64,000 bases of DNA from Vicugna vicugna (lineage: Eukaryota). Made by a program: the position numbers and the translations under genes. The notes beneath the pieces were generated by a model that did not search any database, was not told the DNA's origin, and worked only from the letters and a program-made list of their open reading frames with translations. Position 1 is the stretch's first letter. Every line of letters begins with the position of its first letter. The DNA lies in contig MU057887.1 of the NCBI GenBank assembly GCA_013265495.1, positions 1,563,985 through 1,627,984 on the forward strand, written 5' to 3'. This document shows, piece by piece, positions 51,746 through 64,000 of this stretch.

Positions 51746-52700
51746 AGCGCTTCCTCAGTCGCAGCCGGGCCTAGCCCCACCCTCTCTGCCCCGGCCACTT
51801 CGTTAGGCTGTCTGTCACTCCGCGGCTCTGTAAGTCGGCCACTTGGTACTTACCGGTCCCTCCCAAGTGCGGGCGACACGGCCTCGACCACCACCCGCAG
51901 CGGGAGCTTTCGGTTTCCGCGTCGCCCTGCCCTCGGACAGCGCCACTGTTCTGCTTCGCCCAGTAAGAGACACCTGGGCTACTAAGAGTCCGGGCCGAGC
52001 AAGCCAGCCGGACGAGACCACAGCCACGGTACCCTCTCCGCCGAAACGCCCCGAAGGCGCCCTTTAGTGACGTCAGGCGCCCGCGCCGTGCGTCACGCGC
52101 GCCATGGACGGAGGCGGGACTTCCGGGCGCGCGGAGGCACAACTTCCGGAGGGAGGCGGAAGAACCTCTCGGCTCTACGCTCGGGAATCCCGGGACCGCT
52201 GAGGGGCCGCCCGGGGTGCAGGAAAGGGCCGCCGGGGCTGACTGGCAGCACTCGGAGTGTCAGGGCCGCGGACCTGAGGGATGAGGAGGGGCCATGGCCA
52301 GCGACGGGGCCAGGAAGCAGTTCTGGAAGCGCAGCAACAGCAAGGTCCCTGGCAGGTGGGTGTGACGGGGACCTGGGTCGGGGTCAGGGGTCAGAGGTCA
52401 GGTAGGCGCGTCGGCCTCCTGGGCTGCGGGTGGAGTCGGGGTCTGGCGGGCGGGTAACCTGGGCTCTGAGGAGACTGCTCGGGGTGTGAGGGGCGTAGAG
52501 GGGGCAGGGGGTCGTTGCGTGGGGTCTGGGAGGTGGCAGTGGCGCAGGTAGGAGCGAGGCTGGAAGGGAGAAGGAGCAGCGGCTGGCGGGTTCGTCCTGA
52601 GGCTGGCGGGCTCCCTTCTGCGAAACTCCTCGGCCCCTGGGGAGGCTGAAAAGAGTGACTCGGCTCGTGCCGCGAGGAGTTTGGTGGAGTGAGGAAAGTG
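51700..52700 (+). promoter_or_regulatory. TBC1D22A: TBC1D22A CpG-island promoter: CRE TGACGTCA (52068-52075), half-CRE (52091-52095), tandem ETS sites ACTTCCGG (52119-52126, 52142-52149)
   Basis: Motifs read directly; TATA-less, CpG-dense, 150-230 bp upstream of the start codon. Confidence 0.88.
52294..52355 (+). CDS. TBC1D22A: TBC1 domain family member 22A coding exon 1 (62 nt): MASDGARKQFWKRSNSKVPG(S)
   Basis: gccATGG Kozak context, donor CAG|gtgggt, N-terminus recognised as TBC1D22A; CERK-TBC1D22A head-to-head synteny is known in mammals. Exon 2 not seen in the window. Confidence 0.95.
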
Positions 52701-53736
52701 GCCGGGACAGGCTGTGCCTGCCGGGGAGATCTGTGATCTGTTTCTGCAGGGGCGCGGTGGTTCTGACCCACTTGATTGGCCTTGTCTCTCTCGTGGGCTG
52801 CTGCTTTTGCTTCGAGCAGGGAAGAGTACTGAGGCTCCCTGTGAATTTCCATGTTCCCGCTCTCTGGCCTCAAAACCAACTCCTGTCTTGAGTCAGCTGC
52901 AGGAAGCAAATTAATTTTTTTTTTTTAATTAAGTGCCTGTAGTGACCCGGGTGCACCCTGGAAGCTGTGCAGCTCCAGAGTCCTCCTCTGACTGATGTGT
53001 CACCCAGCCCAGCCAGGGCCCTAGGCAACATGCAGATGTTACATGGAAAACACCTAGGGTAAAACCAGATGCCGGTGAAAATAGATGAGCCATAAACAGA
53101 CTTCAAGATTTCTAAACACTGCTGTGCTTGGAAACTAAAATCTGAGATACTGAAGATTAAGAATTGTGGTGTTAACTCCAAGTAGAATCATTCATAAGTA
53201 CAGTTTATTCATAAGTATTCACAGTAAACGCTGTTGTTTGAGTGATGGAATCATAAGCTTTGGAATTCACTGCGTCCAGTCAGAAACATTTAATTTTCAG
53301 AGTGGTTTGGGAGTTAGCAAAAGTAAAGTTACTGAATGCCCAGAACAGTGACTTTGGAGGGGGCGGTTAACATTGGCCAAAGACTGTGTTTCACTCCATA
53401 GGATTGTGCTGGATTGAAGACCAGTAAGAGGTTTTGTCAAGACCAGTGTCAGGGTCCAGGATGATGTGAAAATTCTGGAATGGCAGAGAATGGGAGGTCA
53501 CAATACTGACAGGAACAAATAAATGCTCTAGAACGTAGACTCCAGGGAAAAGGAGCCATGTGGCAGGAGAACTTCTGTGTGTTGCTTTTAGGTCTTGCGA
53601 TTTTGGTTCCTCCTCCGTCTAAGTAAACTGTTTCTTAACAACCAACTGAGATATGAGAATAGTCAAGCTCCTGTGTGTAGTTTTAATGGCAAATAGACCT
53701 TTGGATTGACGACTGTGTCTTTTGGTAATTTGTCCT

Positions 53737-54208
53737 TGTGTTGGGTTCAGTAGTGCCTCCCCCGCCCCCCGTAAATTCGGGTCTCTGGAACCTCTCTGAG
53801 TGTGCCCTTGTTAGGAAATAGGGTATTTGCTGATGTAATCAAGTTAAACTGAGGAATGAGGTCATACTGGATTAGGGTGAGCCCTGGTCCAATGACTGAC
53901 GTCCTTACAAGAAGAGGGAAATTTGGATGCAGAGAAACAGACCTAGGGAAGAAGGCATGTGGAGCTGAAGACAGGTTAAAGTGATGCATTTACAGACCAA
54001 GAAATGCCGAGGATTCTTGGCAACCAGCAGAAGCTAGGAGAAGCAGGAAGGATCCTCTCCTAGAGACTTCCGAGAGAGCCTGGCCCTGCTGATTCCTTAA
54101 TTTTGGGCTTCCAGCCTCCAGCACTGGGATAGGATAAATTCCTGTTGTCTTAAGCTGCTAAACTAAGTCTGTGGTACTTTGTTATGACAGCCTCAGGAAA
54201 ATGATACT
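53737..54208 (+). mobile_element. MaLR solo LTR (MLT1C-like)
   Basis: ggaaatagggtatttgctgatgtaatcaagtta...gaggtcatactggattagggtg...gtggtactttgttatgacagcc; perfect 5-bp TSD gtcct. Confidence 0.92.
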
Positions 54209-55804
54209 GTCCTCAACTTTGTCCTGTGAAATCCTGCATTATCAGACAGGATTTCCTTCTCCTTTGGTTTTGGTGCTGGGCTGTGTCTTAAGCATCTGTG
54301 AGAGCAGCTCCCGGGTGAGTTTCAGAGTTAAAGTTGCGTCTTGGAGAGCTCCTGGAGGCTGTCCGTGCCGAGGGCAGGCAGAGAGGAAAGGGTGGCCCTC
54401 TCCCTGGAAAGGCCTGCACAGCCGCTGTGTGCCCCTGGCCTCCTGTGGCCTCACCGCTGGCTGTGCTGCTGTTGGGGCGACAGAAGGTGTTGCGAAGGTG
54501 CCCATTTTCCTCTCAGTAGGTGACCTTCCTTCCACTGGTGGTCACTAGCTTAGTCTTCAACTACACAAATGCAGAGCTGTCAGGGCCCCTTGCAGGCTCC
54601 GGTGGCTGCGCGACTCTTTCTGGGGGTTCCTGGGATTGTTTACCTTTCCTCTAGGGTGGACCTCAACCCAGAGAACCTCAGAGGAGGGGGAACACACCCA
54701 CCGCAACATGCGGGGCTGTTAAAGGCGCTTCGATGTGGCGCAGTCCTTTACACGATTAATTCCTTAGTAATAACTCCTTATGGCAATGATGGTGACGTTC
54801 AGCGAGCGTTTACTATCTGCCCAGCGCTGTCCTTGGTGCTGGGCTAGGGTTCTGTCGCCCTCCTGTTTTAGACTTTTCGGAACACATGCTCCAGGTGACA
54901 CTGAGGTAGGCTCCGTTTAGAGCCTGTTAGTTGTTTTCCCCAAAGCGTCGTGCTGAGAAGTGGTTTTGCATGATATCTAAGGCCCTTTATGAGCCGATCC
55001 CACTCAGCTCTTTTGCCCCATCTCCTGCCCCTTCTTGTGCTGAGCCTTGCCCTCAGCGGTGCTGATGGACTTGTAGGTTCCTTGGGGTACATGCTGTACA
55101 GTTTCAGGCTTTCGTAGCTGACCAGAATGTTCTTTCCCTCCCTCCCCTCTCCTTTGCCTGCCTTACTTTGCAAACATTTTAAAAAGTTCACTCCAGGGTA
55201 CCTCCTTGTAAAGCCTTGCCTGTCTTCACGCCGTCTGGAAGACAGGGCCCCTTCGTGCATCACGCTCACTGTTGCTGGGATGTGCTTGTTTTCGCCACCG
55301 GACAGCAAGCTCTGCAGTTTAGGGAGGGTGTCTTACTCATTGCTGCATTGTTAGTGCGGAATCAATGAGTGGTGGTTGATCTGAACTCCTTTCTAGATTA
55401 ACCTCGAGAGAGCAAGTGACGGCCAGGGCCTCACACTGCGTGAGGGATGGTCTTGCTCGCAGAGCCGCTCCCCTTTGCACACCCGGATCCTTAGGTTATG
55501 TGTTTGGCTGATGCTTCCTTGGAAGTTTCTGTTCTGGATGAGGCAGGATGTGTGATGTGGTGGAAAGACGTTCTCACTAGGAATTGGGTGGTCTGGGTCT
55601 CAGCCATCTTTGTCTGTTAATCTCTTCGTGATCTTTTCCAGGTCACAGTGCCCCTGGGCCGGCAGTTTCTGTGTGTAACCTGAGGGAGTCGTGTTGGGCC
55701 TTCGTGGCTATGACCGATGGGAGGGTACTTGCTTGGCCTAACCCTGTTCTCTTTGGTGAGGATGAGAGAGGCCTCTTGGACTGGTTTTGAGAGTTTGATA
55801 ATTT

Positions 55805-56545
55805 ATTGATTCAGCAAATATTTATTTAATCCATATTATGTGCCAGTGATGGTTCCAGGTGCTAGGGATACATCAGTGAACAAAACAGACCAAAATCTCT
55901 GCTCACAGAGCTAACAGCAGAGTGGGAGAGGCAGAGAATACATAAGTAGAGAGTTAGAAGATGTCACTGTCGGGAGGTGACACCTGCTGTCAAAACAAAG
56001 CTGGGAAGTGGGATAGATGGTACGAGGGCAGGTGCAGTGGGGAGGGTTTCATGGTCACCAGGCGGCCGGGTGAGCCCTCACAGCGGGTGACATTTGAGCA
56101 AGATTTGCAGCAGGTGAGGGAACAGGCCTCCTGGGTGGCTGGGAAAGGGGGGTCTGGGCAGAGGGGCGTGCACGTGCAAAGGCCCTGATTTGGGATGATT
56201 TGGGAGTGATTCTGGTTTGTGGGAGAAAAGGGCAAGGGCCAGTGTGACTGTAGCCGAGAGGGAGACAGAGTCCTGGGGCACGCGGCCTGAAAGGCGCTGT
56301 GGGTGGGTCTCATGTCCCAGGAAAGACACGGACTTTCAGTCTTTTATTCTGAGTGAAGGGGGAGCCTTTGGAGGCTTCTTGGCAGAGGCGGGGCAAGACC
56401 TGCCTTTGGTGTAGCAGGCGGGCTTTGGCTGCCTGGTTGTAGGTAGACTGGGGGCTGAGAGGGCGTGGGCAGGAGAAGGGAGACCAGTTAGGAGGCTCTG
56501 TGAGCATCCAGATGAGTGATGATGGCACCTTGATGAGAGTCAGGA
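55805..56545 (-). mobile_element. L2 3' region
   Basis: attcagcaaatatttatt...tatgtgccag...ggtgctagggatacatcagtgaacaaaacagac...gggagaccagttaggaggct. Confidence 0.88.
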
Positions 56546-57378
56546 AGTGGACAATAAGAATCAGAGAAGGTTCGGCCTGTTCTTTCTCGGGCCACTGGCT
56601 CGCTTGGCTCTCTCAGGGCCATCGCTTTCTGCAGTTGCACTTGGCGTTCCTGCCATGCTCACCTGTAAATGCCATGACGCGATCACAGTGCACTGGGTGT
56701 GAGAACACAGGCCACCTTTCAGCGTGGGTCCGATCCCCGCTGCCTTAGCACGGCCCTGCGTGGCGGTCAGCTGGAGGAGAGCAGTTGCTGCGGGGATGAT
56801 CATGCAGACAATATTAGGAGCATCTTTGATGTGTCCGGTACTGTGCTGAGTTCTGAGCAGAGAGGAGGCCCCCAGGGGCTGCCGGGCTGAGGGGGTCGGT
56901 GAGCACACGGCACATAAACAGCCTGCAGGGCACAGTCCGGTGATGTGAGCAGAACAGTGGGCACCGCGTCCAGAGAAGGTCACATCCTCCTGGAGGAGGT
57001 CTCACCTAAGCCGGGGAAGGGGCCAGGCTGCCACGCAGAGCTGCCGGTCGGGGGTCACTGCACTCCTGGTGGGGAGGGGGAGACGAGGGGAGGGCTGAGC
57101 AGGGCCCAGAGCACGCAGGCCTCCTGGCCCTGGAGAGGATTTGGGTCTTGGTGCTAAGAGCCGTGAGAAAGCACCAAGGGGTGATACTTGATGCTGTTCC
57201 TCCTCCTTGAATAGGGCGTGAGAGGAAGCAGGTGTGGGAGGGGAGACAGAGCAGCGGCTGTGGAAGGGAGTGGGGTGGACGGTCCAGGGCCCCTGCTGCA
57301 GGCGGAACTCGCAGGGTTTGCTGTGGGCGGGGTGTTGGGGGTTGAGGTGATCCCAGGGTTCTGGCCTGAGAAATGGGG

Positions 57379-57920
57379 TGTGCTAGGCAGAATAACAGCC
57401 CCCCGGAGATGTCCACGTCCTCGTCCCCAGAACCTGTGAAGTGCCAGGTACACAGCAAAGGGAATTAAGGTTGCTAATCAGCTGACCTTGAGATGGAGAG
57501 GTGGCCCTGGGTTATCTGGTGGGGCCAGCGTAATCGCATCAGCTCTTCTGTCAGAGATTGGACACGAAGTGACTCCACGTGACCTGTGGTTGCTGGCTTT
57601 GAGGTGGAGGAAGGGGCCTCGAGCAGGGGCAGATGGAAGCCTCTAGAACTGGGAACAGCCTTCTGCTTACGGCAGCAGGAAGACAGGGACCAAGGTCTCA
57701 CAGCCACTAGAAACCGAGTTCCGCCAGCAACCTGGATGAGCAGGAAATGGGTTCTCCCCAGAATCGCCCCCTAGAAATGTGTGCAGCCGACTGACACCTG
57801 GACTCCAGCCTGGTGAGACCCATGCCGGCCTTCCGACCTCCAGAACTTTGAGATGATGAATGTGTATTTTGATGCACTAGGTTTGTGCTAATTTGTTACG
57901 GTGGCCACAGGAAACCCCTC
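57379..57920 (+). mobile_element. MaLR solo LTR (MLT1D-like)
   Basis: tgtgctaggcagaataac...ggaattaaggttgctaatcagctgaccttgagat...gtgctaatttgttacg; possible TSD tgggg/cgggg. Confidence 0.88.
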
Positions 57921-60900
57921 CGGGGCGGGTGGAGGGGTCAGGGCAGCATGCTGGGGGCATGGCGCGTGGGCGGGGGTTGCAGGAGCCCTCCAGGCCTGCC
58001 CCTGCAGAGTCCCGCCCTTGCAGGTGGGTAGGAGCCTCGGCCAGTCTTGGTGGGCGGGCTGGACCGGACCCTCACCATGACATCTGCAAGGGTGTTCAGT
58101 GCTGTGGGACAAGGACTGAGCTCAGAGGGTCTCCCTGTGTCCTGAGTCCTCTCGGTCCCTGAGCCGTGTGGAGGCCCCGCCTCCCTTCTCAGGAGGTCTG
58201 AGCTGCTGGCCCCCTTGCGCTCGCTCTCTCGTGTTTGTATGAACCTGTGCTTGCTTCCTTGCTCGTGTTTTTGGAGCGGCTGTGTGGACTGAATGTCTAT
58301 TTTTTCCTATTTTTCCACGTTGCGAGGAGCCCAGGCATCCGTGCTCAGGCGGTGACTGTTTTGTGGGAGTGGAGAGGGTCTTGCTGTGCTGAGCACCAGG
58401 GATGCACCCGTGGGTGGGGTTTCGCTAAATACACAGACCGTTTTACTGGTTTGCTTTTTAGTGGTTGCGTTTTGTGCTATTAAATGCCTTTTATTTTGTC
58501 TGGAAACACTTTGGAAAAATAAATTTGAAGGGAAGTCTTTTTTTTCCCTCTTATGTATTTGTCTGATGTGGCAGACCTGGATTCCTTGGGGATAATTTCA
58601 GATGAGGACAAAAGTAACTTTTGAAAAATAAATCCCTGATGATTTTGGATTTGGTTTTTGCTTTTTAAAAGATTTTTAAAATGAGAGCTGGAGGAAGTAT
58701 TTCAGTCCCCTAAGTATTGTGAAGGCGAGGTCAGAGGTCGTGTGTGGAAACGAGTAGAACGTGTGCTGGGAGGCCAGGTCTCTGTCTTCCTGTTCTCAAA
58801 CCCGTGGGCAGTGAGGAGAGGCAGTGGCCGAGTGGCCCTGGGCCGGGGCGGGACACCGGCCCTCCCTGCCTTCTCCAGCGGGCCCTTTGTCGAGCTCCTC
58901 CTTGGCTTATCCACCCCTCAGTCCAGCAAGTGCCCTATGGGGGCCGTGGGCCCCCCTTGGAGGGGCTGGGCTGCTCCCTGCTCCTGCAGACAGGTGTGCG
59001 GGGGACACGGGCATCGGGGCCACTGCTGTGCTCGGCCCCGGGAGCCCAGACTCGCCTGCCGCCCTAGTGGGGGCCTGCCAACCCCGCCCAGGGGCGGGTG
59101 TTGGTTCTGTGCCCCAGATGGGAGGCGGGGCCTTGAAGTGGAGGTGGCGCGGCCTCGCAGTGACACGTCCTACCAGCACTTGCTCATTGAGCACGTCCCT
59201 TGTGCCAGGCTCCTTACACGCAGCCCGCTGTGTGCTCACAGCCGTGGGGGTGCCGTGCGGTCCTGCACAGGCTGCACAGACTGGGTCCCAGGCAGGGGGG
59301 TTGGGAGCCCACTTCCTGCACGCTGACTGCCTCTGTCGGGGGGTCTTCAGGAGGGAGACGAGCAGCTCCTTCTAGGTTCACGCAGGCGCTCCCTCCACAG
59401 GGGAGGGGCAGCGGGGCCGCAGCAGCCTGGGTTCTTCCCATTTCTGGGCCCCTGGCTACAGGGCCCTTTCGTTTTGAGCATCCCTGGTCCTTTCATCTCC
59501 TCAGTCTGAAAGGCTGTTTCCTCTTTCTGGGAATTAACGTGGAAGTCCCAGGCCGAGTACTGGAGGTGGCAGAGGCACGTGTAGCCCCGCTAGGAGTGGA
59601 GCCGGGTTCCCTGACCGCAGTGATGAGAGCTCGGGGCTGGAGGTGCTGTTTCTGATACTGACGCCGCCAGGCTGGGAGCCGCGCTCTGCCCGAACCGCAG
59701 GGAGGAGGCCATCTCTGCCTCAGGCCCGTGGCCCCTCGGGGAGCGAGCTGGCCTTGAGCTTGGGCGTCTCAGTGCAGGGCAGAGCCCTCTGGCTACACTG
59801 CCCCGTGTGTTTCTGGACTCCGGACCGCATTAGCTCTGTTCCCCGTGGGCCTTCCTGGGTATTCTGCTCCTCGGGGAGGCCCTCCTCCCAGGGTCTGGCG
59901 TTCACTGGCTCTGCCAGAGGGCCAGCTCCAGCGCTGCTGTGCGCCCAGCCGCTGGCATGTCTGTGGTCTGCCGGCTTCCTTCTCACACGGGCTGCGCACT
60001 TGAGCGTGGGCTGTGCCGCTGGGGCCCGACTCGACACAGTTCTCAAGTGTGCCGTGTGGACGCTCTGTGCCTGCTCCTCGTACACCTCGCTGCAGGGTTG
60101 AGATGAGCCTTCTTTCAGTGAACACTTCTACTAAACGCAAGCATAGACTCCGTCTTGCTGGCTCTAAGGCTTCCAGGCAGTTGAGACAAACGATGTTTGA
60201 TTCCTCCTTCCGGGTGGGCTCCTGGTCCTCGGCCTCCTCCCTCGGCAGTGTGCGGGCTTGTCAGAGGACACGAGCACAGGTGCGTGGAGAGGCAGGGCTG
60301 AGGATGGGGTCTGCAGAGGGGAGGGGTCCCTGGGCATCACCGTGGACCTTGAGGGCTGGAGGCAGACCCTTGATGCGCTCAGTGCACCTGCTTCTCTTGT
60401 CATGTAAGTGTGCCTGCAGGCGGCGAGGCCAGCCAGTTGGGTGAGGTCTTGGGGGTGAAGTCACAGAAGGAGTGGATGACGGGGTCAGGAGGAGAGGGGC
60501 ACTGGGGGCAGCAGGTGGGTCTTCGGTGGCACAGGTGGCCGGGGAGAGCCAGGAGGCCGCTGGCTGGAAGAGGGTGGGAGGAGCTGCACGAGGCAGGGTG
60601 AATGTGTCATGTTGTTCCTGCGTGACTGTGGAGTGAGGTCCTGTCCGAGGGTGGGACGCTGAGCGGTGGGTGGGAGGTGGGGCAGCTGGGGCACAGCTTT
60701 TTGTGCAGGACCCATGAATGTGGGGTGGTGAGTTTGTGGCCGAGAGCTGGCAGTGGTTCAGCCTAGAGGCAGCTATCTGAGAAGCGTTAACTAGGGAAGG
60801 TCACTACGGTCAGGGAGAGCGTCATTGTCCACAGCCTCGGGGGAAGGCAGAGTTGGGGACTGGGCTCTGGATGCGCTGATGGGTCTGAGGAGTGTCCAGA

Positions 60901-63179
60901 TAGGCTGGCAGGGAACTAGGAAGAGACGGGAGAAAGGCTCTGTGCGGCAGAAGGAGGCGGGCAGAAGCAGCAGGGAGGGGAGGTCGGGAAATGGGGCTTG
61001 GTGATGGGGTGATGGCCAGCTGCCGGGCTGGTAGGACTGGACTTTTCCATGTTAATTTCAAAAGCCTTCCCCACCCCCTTACTCATATTTTGCACTTTTA
61101 TTGTGATGTAACTGACGTAGAACACTGTGTTAGTTTCAGGTGTGCTGAGTGTGACAGGAGACGAGATCCTGTCCCTGCTGCAGGCAGCTCATGGCCCGAA
61201 GGGGACAGCAGATTGCTGAGAGCCCCTGGGTGGGGCAGGCGGTGCTGCCAGGCCTCTGGTCTGGGTCCTTTGGGTCGTGCGTCTGCCTGCCTCCCTGGGC
61301 GGGGGGGAGTTTCCGACCACGCAGTGGGCGGAGGGGTGGCGGCATTGTTTACTGTTGTAGTCATGGTGTTTCATTCATTTTCCTCCAAAGCCCTCTAAAG
61401 TGAATTTCTTTGAAAACTTACCCTCCTGAACATATTTGACAAATCTGGGGAGCATCACTACATGTTAGAGTGAGTCTAATGGTAAATCAGTCGCTAATTT
61501 AGCTCATATTTCAGGAAACTGCTGTGGAGCCCGAAGGAGACAGTGAGCGATGCCTGTGCATGCAGAAGGGGTCGATGAGCTGTCGGCTGGAGCTGACTGC
61601 AGGGGCTGCCTGTTGGCTTCGTGTGTCTGAAATACAGGGAGGCGTTTAGTCGTGAATGTGCTCATGGAGTTCTTCATTTGCTTTATGATGCTTAGGACAC
61701 TGCAGCTTGGATACGTTTCTTTTCTGTACTTTTATTTCCTCTCACTCTTCACTCTTTTGCTCAGTTCCATTGTTACCCGCTGCTAATTAACCTTTAATTA
61801 AAAACAAAACAAGCTCTCCTGGTGTTGTCCCATCAGTTTTGTTTCAGAGCCGGTGCCGTGGTAAAGGGGGATCCATGTTCACACCTGATGGAAGTTTGCC
61901 AGGATACTCAGGAAGGAGTCTCCTTACTGTTACAACCTGGAGCCATGCGACCTTGGACTCCGGACTCCTCCCTTCTTGGCGCCTGCGCTATGCCCTGTGC
62001 TGTCTCCACCTTCCTTCTCCCTCTGTGGCGCTTACCTGTATCTGAGTGACTGTGCGCTGTCGTGGGAGCACCCTGGGGGCAGGCGGTCACCGGCTCCCTG
62101 GCGCCTTTGCAGCCCCCGTGTGGGGCCTGGCCTGGGGCAGCTGCTCAGCCAGCGTCTGCTGAGTGACTTGAGTGAAGCAGGACTCAGGGCCGTCCGTGAC
62201 TGTTTAAGACATCACCGTTTTGTGGGCTCTCCAGTGAGGACCACGCCTCAGAGCTTGGCTGTCCATAAGCAGGCCCTCAGCCAGCCTTTGATTCTGAGTT
62301 TTTAAAAACCTTTCCTGCACTGTGGTGTAAAGCAGCCTGAACAGAATCCAGACACGGTGGTGTTGGTCCCAGGGACCCAGCTCTCTTTTGGCCATTCCTG
62401 CATCTGTCCTCACCTCTGACCCGTCTGCCTTGGACCGCCCCACCCAGTTATCGCTTTAAACCTCAGCTTTACCCCTTGTTTGTCGTCTCTCTTTCCCTTA
62501 CCAGTGGGGGCATTTTCATGGAGTCTCCCTGTCCCTTATGCAGAAGAGGTGACCTTTATGAGAACTCGGGGCTCTCGGGGAGGTCCTCCTATTTGGGGTC
62601 CTCTTCAGGGCACATCCTGGGGCACCCCTCTGCCTGCCCCTCCCTGGCCTGTCCTGTGCTGTCCTGTCCTTTGTGTGGGTCCAGCCCTCTCCCTGGGTGT
62701 GAGCCTCTGTTACATCACAGGGCTGGAAGCTGTGATGCTTCGTCAGTTCTCACTTATTTGTTCCTCCATCTGAGAGTCCCTCCTGGCTGCTCGATTGTGT
62801 GATCACCAGGATGTGCACGGACTGGACTCAGAAGACACAGCTTGTGGTCTCCGCTATTGCCTGCTGGTAACAAATTAGGCCTTCCTAAGTTTCAGTTCTT
62901 AGTTTGGAGGGTGATAAGATGCCATCATTTTCACAAGAAGTGTACTGAAATGTTTGGTTCTGTGATGGTAGCAGCCCAGACCTGCTATTCGGGGCAGCAG
63001 AAGTGGACTTGGACCTGTTTAAAGGTTTATTGGGTGACGTTGGTCAGCTGAGCACTCGGCGCTGAAGGAGCTCCTTCGCACTGGGCCTCCCCCGACGGCG
63101 CACCCACCTGCCTGGTACCTGGGCCCGGGGCGACCGTCCTGGTCCTTCCCACCTACACTCCCCCTCCCACCCCTTCCTC

Positions 63180-63950
63180 TTTGAACATCTGTCGAGAGAT
63201 ATCATTTACACACTGTACATTTCACCCATTTAAAGCGTACAATTCAGTGTTTTTAGTATATTCATCTACTTGTATGACCATCACCACCGTCAGTTTTAGA
63301 ACATTTTCACCACCACAGACAGAAGCCCAGTTCTCATCAGCAGTGGTTCCCCAGCCCCTCCTCCCCAGCCCCTCGCAACCACTAATTGACTTTTTGTTTC
63401 TGTAGATTTGCCTGTTCTGGACGTTTCACGTAAATGAAATTTTATGTGGGTCCTGGCTGACTGGCTTCTTACACTGAGCGTGACGTTTTCAAGGTTCATC
63501 CACGTTGGGAGTGTTCCTTTTTATGGCCCAATAATTAATGTTCCATTGTATGGCCGGGACATTTGATTCATCTGTTCATCAGCTGATGGACTTTTGGACT
63601 GTCCACATTTTGACTCTTATGAAACAACGCTCTGCAAGGCTTTTGTGTAGACGTGTGTTTCCATTTCTCTGGGTACATCCCTGGGAGTGGAATCGCAGGG
63701 TCATGTGGTGAATATTTGACTTTTTGAAAGACCTGCCAGGCTGTTTTCTTGAGAGGGGCAGGAGTTTTCTCTCCCGTCAGTGGTGTGCGAGTGTTTCAGT
63801 TTCTCTGCGTCCTCCCCAGCACGTTAGTTATCCTCAAACTTTCGCCTTCCTCCTGGCTGTGAAGTGGCATCTAATTGTGCTACTGATTTGCATCTCTCAG
63901 GTGGCTAGTGATGCTGAGCTTCCTTTTGAGAGATTTCTGTGTCCCGTGTA
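63180..63950 (-). mobile_element. L1MB-like 3' end
   Basis: gagatatcatttacacac...catttaaagcgtacaattcagtgtttttagtatattca...gttttcaaggttcatccacgttg...tgtgaagtggcatctaattgtg. Confidence 0.88.
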
Positions 63951-64000
63951 GGAGGAACAGGGTGGGGGAGACTTGGACTTATCAGAATTGTGTCTTTGAG

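Noticed and set aside
52356..64000. TBC1D22A exon 2
   Set aside because: No segment encoding the expected continuation was found by eye; it probably lies beyond the window.

Overview
Mammalian, GC-rich genomic DNA, most likely from a camelid (alpaca/llama/camel), judging by four tRNA-Ala-like SINE copies of the Vic-1 type. Two genes sit head-to-head about 25 kb apart. CERK (ceramide kinase) is on the minus strand: coding exons 2-6 are fully resolved with GT-AG boundaries (7174-7061, 6699-6577, 3753-3628, 2520-2457, 1865-1720), and exon 1 almost certainly lies in the 526-nt N gap inside a CpG island (26430-26955). TBC1D22A is on the plus strand: only coding exon 1 (52294-52355) and its CpG-island promoter are in the window. 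The rest is intron/intergenic sequence full of old repeats (L1, L2, MIR, MaLR and ERV1-type solo LTRs, hAT MERs), several with readable target-site duplications. Repeat family names are from recognition of consensus sequences, not from a search. I see no convincing novel multi-gene system. The most notable observations are a strong AT-to-GC substitution bias around CERK, an overlapping upstream ORF at the TBC1D22A start, a consensus antisense splice donor suggesting a spliced divergent transcript, and an inverted pair of related LTRs.
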